Source of the DNA: Octopus vulgaris
Lineage: Eukaryota
NCBI GenBank assembly: GCA_951406725.2
Contig: OX597821.1
Location: 49,538,001-49,602,000 of the forward strand
Length of the DNA stretch: 64,000 nucleotides
Direction: 5' to 3'
Each line of letters starts with the position of its first letter. The stretch's first letter is position 1. The translations under genes and the position numbers were made by a program. Below are positions 25,825 to 37,723 of this stretch, piece by piece. The notes under the pieces were generated by a model. The model saw nothing but the letters and a program-made list of their open reading frames with translations, was not told the origin of the DNA and made no database searches.

Positions 25825-26176
25825 CTTTTATTCGTTTCAGTCATTTGACTGCACCCATGCTAGAACACAGCCTTTAGTCGAACAAATCAACCTCAGCCTA
25901 GTACTTATTCTATTGGTCTCTTCTGCCAAACTGCTGAGTTATGGGAACATAAACACACGAACATCAGTTGCCAAGCAATGATGCGGAGACAAACACAAAC
26001 ACACACACACATATATACGACGGGCTTCTTTCAGTTTCCATCTACCAAATCTACTCACAAGGTTTTGGTCGGCTTGAGACTATAGTAGAAGACACTTGCC
26101 CAAGGTGAAAGCAGTGGGACTGAACCCGGAACTGTGTGGTTGGTAAGCAAGCTACTTACCACATAGCCAATCCTGC

Positions 26177-26178
<2 letters not shown>
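25825..26178 (-). mobile_element. SINE family A copy
   Basis: Reverse complement of the family A head, core and tail. Confidence 0.8.
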
Positions 26179-26220
<42 letters not shown>

Positions 26221-26348
26221 TGTAGAAAGCATAAATCCGAAAGAAGCAGCACACAGGTTTTTTGGGACCTGACGATACGCCATAAAACTAAACCCTTTAT
26301 GGACGGGAAACTTAAGGTAATCCCATAAACCGGCCTTTCCCATTTCTA

Positions 26349-26390
<42 letters not shown>

Positions 26391-26765
26391 TACGATGTTT
26401 TGTTATTTCTGTCTTCCTCTACTTTTGAAATTCCTAGCCAGGAAAAAATTTCCCTCCAGGGGTGGGGCGCAGGGAAGAATTTTAATGGGGAAAACTGAAA
26501 AATTATTCACAGTCTTTTGCTAGATTTAATCCCTTTGAAGTTGATTTCATTGACATCTATATTTAATTAACATAAAGCTGGTTACAAATGAATATTATTA
26601 TAACGGCCCTGGAGACCAATAAAGAAACGATTAAAACAGTGCTTTATGCAAGATGACATGTTTCTTACCATATGTAAGGATGGATGGGGTAACCCAGGGG
26701 TGAACCAGTAAAGCGGGTGGGGAATACAGAAAATAAGTTGTCTACATTTCTATACAGGCATGTGT

Positions 26766-26844
<79 letters not shown>

Positions 26845-27290
26845 ATACATACACACACACACACACGTATAATAAGTGTGTGGGGGTGGTGCAAAACTGA
26901 TCAAGTGGATAAGGTACTGGAGTGTAAACTAGTGACTCATGAGTTCATATACTGCTGCTGCTTTTGCTGCAGTGTTGTCTCATAGCATTTAACTATTTCT
27001 TCCAGTGATAGCCGCAATAATTTTCGATATAAAAACTGCTAAAAAATATCTGTATGTGTTTATAAATACATGCATATATATGTGTATATATGCGTACACA
27101 CAACATACATATACATTCATACATATACAGACGTACGGCAAACCCTACTTTTTCTTCGGCGATGGCTTAAATGTCCCAATATTAGACTAATTTACCTTAA
27201 TCAATGCGCGGTGATCGTTCATAAGCTCTAAGCTTATAAAATATTATTATTATTTACAGATTCGGCACGGCTTATATCAAATAATCGCTG

Positions 27291-27332
<42 letters not shown>

Positions 27333-27571
27333 TGCATTCATTAGAGTTGATGAAGGAAGCTGAGTAGCGTCAAGCTGCAATGTCTACTTCTTATGATGCA
27401 TAACGTGAATCTGTTATCAGTGATGATGTTGATAGCAGAAGGAAACAACAGGCTCAATTGTCATCATTGGGGTATCACAAATATCTAAGTACCAGGTCCT
27501 CGTCAATACGACAATACTCCTGATGTATTTCATATAATTCATTTCTCTACATTTAAATAGATGGAGCAGTG

Positions 27572-27603
<32 letters not shown>

Positions 27604-28009
27604 ACGGATATGGGGTGTATACGTCACGGAAACAAAGTCGTTTATGTAACTGACACACACACACACATTCCACAAACTATGCACAAGCACATATATACGT
27701 ATATATGCATGCATATGCATATATATATCGACACATAAACGGTGACACACATATACCATACATTTATCAACACATAAGGACAGACAAAAACATAGACACA
27801 TACATAGATGTATCACTTGCACTTTTACATCAACATAAATGGAAACAAAAAATAAGATGAGGTGAAGGTGTTGTTTTAATTACGGCTTTTCAATGGACAT
27901 AATAAATGAAAAGAGATGGCAACAAGACAGAATCAATGCCATCATTATATACCATAAATTATTCATACCATATATATATATATATATACATACACGCGCG
28001 CGCGCACAC

Positions 28010-28680
28010 TCCGAACGGCGGGTGTATACAGACGGTAATACGGGAGAACTAAATGTACGGAATATGAACGGCAGTCTTATTCAGTCTCTGACACTGGACC
28101 TGTTACAGGTGACATGTCGAAAATAGACATGTTTGGAGAAGATTCATGGACACCCAAGGGCAGAACAAAAAAGAGCAGATTGCTAGCTTGAGTAAAGCCA
28201 CATTTGCCGCATAGAAATGCAAGATTATACAACATCGTTGGGTTGGTCTTAAAGTCTAGGTGGCATGCCCTCGGTGGCTTAACAACTGGTTAATCTACTC
28301 CCAGCTAAATGAATGAAAGCACATGCAAGGGGGACAGAAGGAGAGATTAAAAGATGTATCTAGAGGGTTTATATTTGTAAAAGGGTGATATCAATATATA
28401 CGAGTAGGAATTATAGGAGAATATAACAAACACAAGAAGAGACAGGCTGATTGGTGATGAAGTTAACACTTTGGACGTGAAACAAATCAAATAACTTATA
28501 CATTAAATGTGAGAAGAGGGTGTGGAGTGACCAAAACAGCACATCTCTCGGGGTCCCGTATTTGTCACTGAACTTGTGAACCATGCACTGTCCTGACATA
28601 ACTGGGGGTCCGCAGAAGTTATATCTGATGGACAATCATTTCTGGCCACAGAGGATTGGTGACAACGACATTATGTGCGT
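28010..28680 (+). mobile_element. Highly degenerate RTE-BovB-like LINE 3' fragment
   Basis: Remnant motifs HRWVG..MPS..LIYSQLN..QGGQK.R.KD, paralleling the minus copy at 51880-52104. Confidence 0.5.
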
Positions 28681-29089
28681 GTGTGGTAGCTGTACATCCC
28701 CTCTCACACATCCTGCGACGTATGCGTGAATGGTGCGTTTAAGGTATCAAATTAGCCGTGTATACAATAAGATTGTTATTATTATTATTCCGCCGGTGTC
28801 AGCTTTGCTTTTCATCTCTTCAGGATAGATAAAATAAAGTACCAGTTGAGTACTGGGATCGATGTAATCGACTAGCCCCTTTCCCGAAAATTTCGTGTCT
28901 TGTGCCAGTAGTAGAAAGGATTATTATTTGTTGTTTAAAAAGTAGTTATCATTTGATTAGAAACGAAAGACAATATATTTGTTCAATGCAAACCGAAACA
29001 AAATCAGGTGAGACGATGTAAAAATGGAAAAAGAGAAACTCACAGGTTTGACAGTAAAATCCTAGCGACAGCAGAATCTGTGGGGCAGT

Positions 29090-30290
29090 TGTAGTGGGAA
29101 ATGAGGAGGGGGAGGAGGGAGGCAGTGGTGCAGTATTAAGAAGAGAGCCAGACAGACAGAGAGGAGAGAAAGGGGAGTAAGGCGGAGAAAGATAGCAAAG
29201 AGAGATAAAGAGGTGAAAAGTGAATGGGGGGAAATGGAGAAGGAAAAGAAAAAAAACACAGAGATTGGTTTAGGAAGAGGGAGTAAGAGTGAGACGGGGC
29301 AGGGAGAGGAAGAGAGAGTAAGAGACTGAGAGAGAAAGAGGGAGAGGGAGATGGAGATGGAGAGAGAATATGAAGGTAATGAAATTGAGGGAGAACAAAA
29401 ATGATTCGGAGCGGAAAAAGTTATGAAAATATTGAGTGAGAGAGGGTAAGCAATAAAACGTAGAAACAGGGAGAGAGAAGTGGAGAGGAGGATGCATTGA
29501 ATAAAAGAAAATAGGGAGATGGCAAATGGAGAAGTAAAAAAGGAGAAGTGAAAGAAATTAGAGGCAGAGTAAGAGGGATAGACAGAGAAAATGACTAAGG
29601 TGAGGAAGATAACGGCAATTGGAAAGAGTAAAAAGAAGTGAGAGAAGAGGTGAGAGAGAAAGATATATCTAGATATAGAGAGGGAAATGTAAGAGAAATA
29701 TATAAAATATGGAGGAAGAGAAGCTAACAGAATGAGAGAGAAGATTTAATGTATTGAAATATTTTGGTATAACAGGAGATGAGAGAGAGAAAGAGAGAGA
29801 GAGAGAGAGACTATGAAAGAAAACCAATAAAGGAAAGTGGGGGGATCGATCTACGGTATTATAATGCAGAGATTTAGAAGAGTAGAGAAGGGTGAAGTGA
29901 GAGGAAGGACGAGGTGTATGAAAAAGACAGATAGGAGAGCATTGAACGAGAAAATGAGGGAATGAAAAAGTGTGTAAGAGAAAGGGAAGGAAATAAAAGA
30001 GAAAGAGGACAGAGAATGCGAGATTAAGGTGAATAAATAAAAGGAAAAGAGACAACAGGCAGACAAGGAAGGGCAGAGAGACAGACAGCTAGGCAGGCAT
30101 TTATCATTTGTCTTCCTGTTTCTATATCGGCTTATCTATCTGTCTGTTTGTCTCTATATCTTTCTGTCTGTCTCTCTCTGTTTGTTTATTAGTCCGTCTG
30201 CCTGTCAGTCTCACTATATGTCCGCCTGTCAGTCTATCTTTATGTCTGTTTATCTGCCTGTCTGTCTGTCTGTGTCAGTATACCTGTATG
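29090..30290. repeat. ~1-kb purine-rich (GA) low-complexity tract followed by a pyrimidine-rich (TCTG)n-like tract
   Basis: Composition is directly visible; the switch occurs at ~30100. Confidence 0.85.
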
Positions 30291-30379
30291 CCTTTTATAT
30301 ACATATGCCCCTGCTTCTCATGTATATCTGCCAGTTTCTGTTTTGGTGAAATATGCTATAATGCTAATAAATAATGTGA

Positions 30380-31140
30380 GACCTGAAAACAAATTGTTTT
30401 ATTGTGAAACAAACCATAATGAGATGTCCAGCAAAGTGACTGCTTCTTCCTGTAATTGTACCTGATACTTTTGGAAATGTATTGTAGACTCACTGTTTGG
30501 CAGGGCTTTCTCTAAGACATTCAAAATGGCATTTAATATACATGAGTGGGTACCGTCCAACATAGATTTTAGAGTCTTTTGGTTGATCTCCATGTGGAAG
30601 AGCCATATGGTAACACAGCCTTAACCCCTGCATACAAGAAATTCCTTTTATGATTTTCTGAGATGTTACATCACCATATTCTTAGACTTTAAGTCCTGCC
30701 CAAGATTTGTTGCTACATAGAGTAATATTTGCTTCTGTAGATAATATGTTGCTCACGGAATATGTAAAAGAATGTACAGACTTTACTCAGCTTCCAGACA
30801 TTGAGGTGTTGGTATAGGGTGTGCTAAAATCCAACCCTCACCCTGCTACCCTTTCTGTTTTGATGCATATTAGACAGAGAAGTTAGGTGGGTGTTAACAG
30901 TGTCTTCATGTAGCTAATGTTTCATCGATTTTTTTTGGTTACCATTCATGGTTTGGACCAGTGCACACCATGCATTTGCCATTGAATTAATGATCATGTT
31001 ACAGGTATTAGAGAACAACAGGGGACATACAATGTTGTGGGTCAAAAACAATGGTATTTAGATATAGCTTATTAAGTATCAGGGGATCTACTAATTTTGC
31101 ATCGTTTAGTTCATACTTATTAGTCCAAGTAAAGGTATCT
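30380..31140 (-). mobile_element. Degenerate LINE RT C-terminal fragment (RTE-X-like)
   Basis: Minus VLPYGSSTW..LKSMLDGTHSCILNAILNV motif. Confidence 0.55.
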
Positions 31141-31181
31141 GCAGGGTTTGGGGTTGCAGAGTATGATACCTTATATGTGTA

Positions 31182-31322
<141 letters not shown>

Positions 31323-31369
31323 ACATATTTCTTTTCTTTTTCTTTTACTGGTTTCAGCCAGAGGAAGAG

Positions 31370-32160
31370 GATATCTGGGGTAACACCTTAGGTATAATTG
31401 GTGTTGTTTCCAGTATTATTTCTGGTGGGGTAACTAGAGATTGATCACTGTCTCCAGCAGCTTCACATAACCATCTGAATTGAGCCTAAGTCCCTGTTCA
31501 AAAATGTGGGGTAACATGACATTATTGTTACTGGAGAAACAACCAAAAACCATCACAGTTTTGGGGTAACTAGGTTTTCATGATACGGGGGATATCACAT
31601 AGATTGTAGACAAGCCACCAGCTGTTCTGGGTGCTGTGCGACTGGTCCTGGCAGAAGTTCTTTTCATCTGAAAGAACCAGATCATCCTCAGCTCAACAGG
31701 ATGCCTCATCTTGTTCAAGAGCTTCTTTGTCTTCATCAAGAGGTTCTCTTTGGCCTTGGATGTCAGAATTTGTCCCTTGCACCTCTTGTATGAGTGGTAG
31801 CAAAAGTCCTCATTTAAGGCCAGGTTCATGGGTATGACTCCAGTGCCCATTACTCTTGCCAAAGCCTGGATTCCCTTGCTCAGCTTTTCCATCACCATGT
31901 CCGGCAGTTGTTGGATGAATTCCTGCATATGGATGCAGTCAAAATGCCTGCTGTGTCCCTTCTTGCTGACCATGGCTTCATAGTCTCTGTTTCAGCTGTC
32001 CATGTCATGTCATACAGCCTTTACAGTGTTCACAGAGCATTGTGCAGTAGTGGTGATGTTGAGATTTTGATATCTGGCACAAATTATCACAATACAAGTT
32101 AACTCTTTTCTAACATTCAGATGGCTTTCAGTCCAAGTTTCTTGAATGCTGCTCAGCCCT
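31370..32160 (-). mobile_element. maT-like Tc1/mariner remnant (N-terminal half of the transposase)
   Basis: Minus ORF 31578-31973 ..EDFCYHSYKRCKGQILT..IWFF(SDEKNF), then VMVFGCFSSNNNVMLPHIF. Similar to 7369-8217. Confidence 0.75.
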
Positions 32161-32239
32161 GGCTTAAAAGAAATCGTTCATTCACCATGAACATGTAATT
32201 TTCCCACCTCTCACAACATGAAATAAACATATAATGAAA

Positions 32240-32630
32240 ATATTATTATACTGTGAATCCATAAGTTGTGCAGCTCTCCTGGTCTGATTACTAACCTCTT
32301 ACAATGCTCAGATGAGGCCTTTACTGGTGTACTGTTCTCATATCTGACATTCAAGACAATATGCACAAAAATGTCACGTGCCATTGAGTCACTGATCAAC
32401 ACTCCACCCTCTGGCCCACAACATTTCTCCTTTCTCAGTCTTTTCTACCACAACAACAATTGCCTCTATTTCTCACATCAGGCCAATCTACGGATATCTT
32501 CATTCTGGCTCTTTCATCTCATCCCTTCTCTTCCCATCAACCATATTGCGTCCAACCTCCTTCCAGAACTCATACTAACCACTAAACCCAGTATTTTTTC
32601 CTTGGCACAATTTGCCATCCTGCCATAGAA
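32240..32630 (+). mobile_element. Degenerate CR1/L2/Jockey-group LINE 3' fragment
   Basis: RAIESLIN..LSLFYHNNN.. pattern of a LINE ORF2 C-terminus. Confidence 0.4.
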
Positions 32631-32657
32631 TTGTAACTGATCAAATATAATATTAAC

Positions 32658-33286
32658 TGCATAAGCTTCACTGGTGTTGGAGTAACTGTTGGGTCAGGAG
32701 GAGAGACCCTTTCTAAAGACTTCTCAGGTCTTGGAGAATCGGTAAAGGTCATGGGAACTTCCCATTCTTACAGACATTATGGATTTTGGAAGATCTGTGA
32801 GGGGCATAGGAGCAAGTCCTTCTTATAGATCTCACTGATTTGGAGGTCATTATGACCTGTGTAGGTCATTATGACCTGTAAGTGTATATAATGGAAACTG
32901 CCCATTCTTACAGACATTATGGGTTTTGGAAGATCTGTGAAGGGCATAGGAGCAAGCCCTTCTTATAGATCTCACTGATTTGGAGCAACTGTGTAGGTCA
33001 TTATGACCTGTAAGTGTATATAATGGGAACTGCCCATTCTTACAGACATTATGGGTTTTGGAAGATGTGAAGGGCATAGGAGCAAGCCCTTCTTATAGAT
33101 CTCACTGGTTTGGAGCAACTGTGTAGGTCATTATGACCTGTAAGTGTATATAATGGGAACTGCCCATTCTTACAGACATTATGGATTTTGGAAGATCTGT
33201 GAAGGGCATAGGAGCAAGCCCTTCTTATAGATCTCACTGATTTGGAGCAACTGTGTAGGTCATTATGACCTGTAAGTGTATATAAT
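32658..33286. repeat. Duplicate of 36310-36527 whose 3' part is amplified as four ~130-140 bp tandem units
   Basis: CCCATTCTTACAGACATT recurs at 32761, 32901, 33033 and 33163. 32658-32845 aligns nearly base for base with 36311-36498. Confidence 0.95.
32844..33271. promoter_or_regulatory. Five perfect IR3 palindromes AGGTCAttaTGACCT (consensus estrogen-response-element type)
   Basis: Exact matches at 32844, 32863, 32995, 33125 and 33257. The motif is certain; function is inferred. Confidence 0.45.
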
Positions 33287-33427
33287 ACCAACCCAATAAT
33301 GAAAATCATAATTTATTACTATCAGTTCTTGATTAGAATTGATACTGTCAATTTACTGAAGGCTATGCCTTTTAATCATTTTATATCCTATCTTTGGATA
33401 CATTTGTTAATTCTTTTCTCCTTCCAG

Positions 33428-33558
33428 CCCCCAAACACCAGCCATTCATTTTGGAGCCAAGGAGAATAAAAACGAAAACACCAACAGCTTTTTTTTGTAT
33501 TTTCCTGTTTGAGAACAAGAAGAGAGGCATCAGCTGTTTCCAGACAAACAAATAACAG
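33428..33558 (+). other. Candidate non-coding or UTR exon
   Basis: Strong acceptor ttcttttctccttccag| and donor CAG|gtaata, with a duplicate donor at 33673. Stops in all three frames. Confidence 0.3.
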
Positions 33559-33854
33559 GTAATAATGTAGCCACACATGTAGCCATACATGAATCTACAC
33601 AGGTAAACTAGTCACACATGCAAACTACAGTTGCTGCCCTCTGACTCACTGTTTCCATACAGACAAATAACAGGTAATACATGTAGCCACACATGTAGGC
33701 ACACATGTAAAGCATGCATGTAGCCAAATATGTAAATCTCCATGCACTGTCAAAGACATAGCAATATTCATATTGAGGGTTGATGTAATTGACTTACACC
33801 CTTCCCTGAGCTTGCTGGCCTTATGCCAAAATTTGAAAATATTTATATTAGGGA

Positions 33855-34075
33855 AGTGGTGAGCTGGTAGAATTGTTAGCATGCGGCACAAAATGCTTCG
33901 TGGCTTTTCATGTCTTTACATTTTGAGTTCAAATCCTGCCGAAGTTGATTTTGCTTTTCATCCTTTCAGGATCAATAAAGTAAGTACCAGCTGAACACTG
34001 GGGTCAATGTAATTGATTTATCCCTCCCTGAAATTACTGGCCTTGTGCCAAAATTTGAAATCATTATTATTATAA
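33855..34075 (+). mobile_element. SINE family B, older copy
   Basis: GGTGAGCTGGTAGAA head, GAGTTCAAATCC, TTTCATCCTTTCAGG core, (ATT)n tail. Confidence 0.75.
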
Positions 34076-34431
34076 TGAGGTCTTATTGATATTGTTGTTT
34101 TTGTTGTTATTGTGGTGGTGGTTGTTAATGCTGTTATTGTGGTTGTTGTTGTTTCTGTTGATGCTGTTAATATTGGCATTGCTGCTGTTGTTAATATTGT
34201 TGCTGCTATTGTTATTATTGTTGTTTGATGTTATTTTTGCTGCTTGTTAAAATTGCTTGTATTATCCCATACTAATGTCTCCTCCATCTCTCTCTCTCAC
34301 TTACCCACTCTCTTTCCCTTGTCCAGTCCCTCTCTCTCTCCCTTCTTCACTCTCTTTTTCTCTCCTTCCTATTCTCTACCTCCTTCCTACCTTCTCCTTT
34401 CCTTCCTCTCTCCACTCTCTCTCCATCTGTG

Positions 34432-34469
<38 letters not shown>

Positions 34470-34597
34470 CCCTATCCAATATACCTCTGACTCATTCTTT
34501 TTTCTAGTCCTTACGTTTTATCCCAGCCATCATCCATTTATCCATATAACAATCTGTTAATGAAATTCTTTCTTCTCCCTATTTCTATATCGTGCAT

Positions 34598-34649
<52 letters not shown>

Positions 34650-34844
34650 ACATATATGTAACTGTCACTGTATACACGCACAAGTGGATCTCACTGCAAA
34701 TTTGCTACTATGACAATCATATAAAATGCCATATATTTTAATCTACCATTTGGTTAAAAAATTCATTTGTAGAAATAACTATGTCTAATTGGTGTTAAAA
34801 AGAAAAAACATTTTTAAAAACAATTATTTTCCCCCTTACAAATA

Positions 34845-35060
34845 TTAGTTTCAAATTTTGGCCCAAGACCAGTAAGTTCGGGAGTTGGGATAAGTTGATT
34901 ACATCAACCCCAATACTTGACTGATACTTATTTTATTGACCCTGAAAGGATGAAAGGCAAAGTTGACCTTGGTGGATTTTGAACTCAGAACGTAAAGACA
35001 GATGGAATGCTGCTAAGCATTTTGCCTTGCGTGCTAATGATTCTGCCATCTCACTGCCTT
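34845..35060 (-). mobile_element. SINE family B, older copy, inverted relative to 33855
   Basis: CCCTGAAAGGATGAAAGGCAAAG..TTTGAACTC is the reverse complement of the family core. Confidence 0.75.
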
Positions 35061-35194
35061 CTCCCAACAAATATTAATTGGTGGGTGATATAGATTTAAT
35101 TATGTTCCCTTGTTAAAGCTATTGACGGTAGTTGGTAAAGAAACAAAGGTTTGGGCATATAGGCTATTCTTTTAAGTGGTTATTATGGATCCAT

Positions 35195-35570
35195 GGAGAC
35201 GCAATGGCCCAATGGTTAGGGCAGCAGACCTATGATCATAGGATCGCAGTTTCGGTTCCTGGACCAGGCGTTGTGAGTGTTTATTGAGTGAAAACACCTA
35301 AAGCTCCATGAGGCTCCTGCAGGAGATGGTGATGAACCCTGTAGTATTCTTTCACCACAACTTTCTCTCACTCTTTCTTCCTGTTTCTATTGTATCTGTA
35401 TTTCAAAGGGCCAGCCTTGTCACACTCTGTGTCACACTGAATCTCCTTGAGAACTACGTTAAGGGCACTTGTGTCTGTGGAGTGCTCAGCCACTTGCCCG
35501 TTAATTTCACAAGCAGACTGTTCCGTTGATTGGATCGACTGGAACCCTCATCATCATAACCAACAGAGTG
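35195..35570 (+). mobile_element. Third tRNA-derived SINE-like element
   Basis: A-box-like TGGCCCAATGGTTAGG and B-box-like GTTTCGGTTCC head. Flanked by TTATGGATCCAT on both sides (~35183 and ~35577), a likely TSD. Confidence 0.6.
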
Positions 35571-36304
35571 CTATAATTATGGATCCATTGTCTTGAATGG
35601 AATGTTTTTGCACTTATAGGGCATCACTATCTGGTCATATTTTATGTTTTGGGGTTTATTCTGTGTTGAAGGACTGGATGGATCAGTCAATGAAGGTATA
35701 CAATAAGTGTTTGTAGTAATGTATGCACTACAGTGGTATTGTCATACCAGACATAGGCCCAATCACCAAAGGATAGAACTTAACCTGTCTGTCCAAAGTA
35801 CAAAACTACAAGTTCTAATATACATGAGATGCAAAACTTTTCAATGACTTATTTGACTATCATGTTGATGTTTGTATGTCAGATGTAAGAGCTTGTCTTA
35901 TACTTACAAGACAAACCAAGAGTTCAATAACATTGTAACTTGGTTACAAAATGGAAGATTATAACATTGTAGCTTGGTTACAAAATGGAAGATTATTTTG
36001 TTTGGCTGAATTTAGCTGTGTGTTGCTTCTCATATAAAACCAAGTCCATTTTTGATTTTTTTATTAGACCATTTATTTATACATGTACATTGCATTCATA
36101 CCTAAACATTACATTGCTCACAAAAGTTACATACCTGAGGCTGCATCACTCATTACCAGTGAAGAGTCATATATGTATGTTGTTTGGGGCTAAGAATTGT
36201 TTAGCTACATATTCATGTGGTGAGAGGTAAGAAATTCTGTGTTCATCACAGACAACCTGAGGTCAAGTAGCAACCAAGGGTCCTGTCCTCTCAGGAACCC
36301 CTAA

Positions 36305-36725
36305 AACCGCTGCATAAGCTTCACTGGTGTTGGAGTAACTGTTGGGTCAGGAGGAGAGACCCTTTCTAAAGACTTCTCTGGTCTTGGACAATCAGTAAAG
36401 GTCATGGGAACTTCCCATTCTTACAGACATTATGGATTTTGGAAGATCTGTGAAGGGCATAGGAGCAAGCCCTTCTTATAGATCTCACTGATTTGGAGCA
36501 ACTGTGTAGGTCATTATGACCTGTAAGATCATGGAAACGGGCTCATCCAACAGAACTTATTGGCCTTGGAGGACATGTGAATGTTATGGAGACAGCGCCT
36601 TCTGACAAATGTCATTGGTATTGGAAGACTAAAGATAATAATGGAGAGAGCTCCTTCCTACAGAGGTCATTGGTCTTGGAAACCCTGTAAAAACCACGAG
36701 CATGGATTTTTCCTACAGACTAAAT
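36305..36725. repeat. Degenerate ~55-nt tandem array (7-8 units) of imperfect hairpins, containing a sixth AGGTCAttaTGACCT at 36508-36522
   Basis: Unit-ending TTGGA at 36334, 36388, 36443, 36497, 36570, 36625 and 36680 (spacings 54, 55, 54, 73, 55, 55). Consensus is approximately RGANCTGTGAAGGTCATGGAGACAGNCCCTTCYTACAGANNTCATTGGTCTTGGA. Confidence 0.85.
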
Positions 36726-37268
36726 TTGTAATAAAATTAATCTCCATTAAAATGGGTCCCTGATTATTGTAATGACAAAATAAATTTAAACAAGATAAAG
36801 ACTGTTTTATCTGTATATGTTGTAAATGACTATTTAACTCACAATCAACCAAAAGATTACCGGTATCTTTTTTTATCAGTTCATGCTTCGGATGTTGGCA
36901 TTCAATTTAACTAACAGATGCTGATTTGATAACAATCTATGATACTGGAAATAAGATTATAGTCTATTAAGTTCAGTGATACCAGTGAATTACTGGTACT
37001 TCACTTCTTCCATTGAGCTCATAGATATCAAAGACAAAGCTTATTTCATTGGGATTTGCACTGAGAAACTACAAGTGTGGCACCCTTGTGTTTCCGTTAA
37101 TCGACAATAATAATGGTGAGGTTGATGGTGATGATGGTGGTGATGCTGATGTGAATGATCATGAGGGTAATGGTGGTGATAATGATGGTAATGACAGTAA
37201 TGGTAGTGGTTATGATAATTGTGATGACGATGGTGATAATGATATTTTACCTGAAACATATATATATA

Positions 37269-37682
37269 GGCGCAGGAGTGGCTGTGTGGTAAGTAGCTTG
37301 CTAACCAACCACATGGTTCCAGGTTCATTCCTACTGCGTGGCATCTTGGGCAAGTGTCTTCTGCTATAGCCCCGGGCCGACCAATGCCTTGTGAGTGGAT
37401 TTGGTAGATGGAAACTGAAAGAAGCCTGTCGTATATATGTATATATATATGTATGTGTGTATGTGTTTGTGTGTCCGTGTTTGTCCCCCTAGCAATGCTT
37501 GACAACCGATGCTGGTGTGTTTACGTCCCCGTCACTTAGCGGTTCGGCAAAAGAGACCGATAGAATATGTACTGGGCTTACAAAGAATAAGTCCCAGGGT
37601 CGATTTGCTCAACTAAAGGCAGTGCTCCGCCATGGCCGCAGTCAGATGACTGAAACAAGTAAAAGAGTAAGAGTAAGAGTAA
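37269..37682 (+). mobile_element. SINE family A, full-length young copy
   Basis: GGCGCAGGAGTGGCTGTGTGGTAAG head through the AAGTAAAAGAGTAAGAGT tail. CpGs retained. Confidence 0.9.
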
Positions 37683-37723
37683 ATATCAACAGGTCCTTAT
37701 TACTGACCCTTCAATGTTATCAG

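Noticed and set aside
32850-33309. Minus-strand repetitive ORFs (YTLTGHNDLHSCSK...) as a Cys/His repeat protein
   Set aside because: They are open only because 132 is divisible by 3. A 2-bp deletion and the 140-bp unit break the frame, and the source copy at 36.3 kb is not open.
35927-35995. 34-bp tandem duplication with a small internal palindrome
   Set aside because: Two copies only; consistent with an ordinary slippage duplication.
36305-36725. CRISPR-like repeat-spacer array
   Set aside because: The apparent spacers are homologous to each other, the repeats are highly diverged, the context is eukaryotic and there are no cas genes.
36305-36725. miRNA cluster or SECIS array
   Set aside because: Stems are at most ~15-17 bp, too short for Drosha substrates, and there is no consistent AUGA/AA/GA SECIS geometry.
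37049-37369. Asp/Gly/Asn-rich ORF and the His-rich antisense ORF
   Set aside because: Translation of a (GAT/GGT)n trinucleotide tract running into a SINE.
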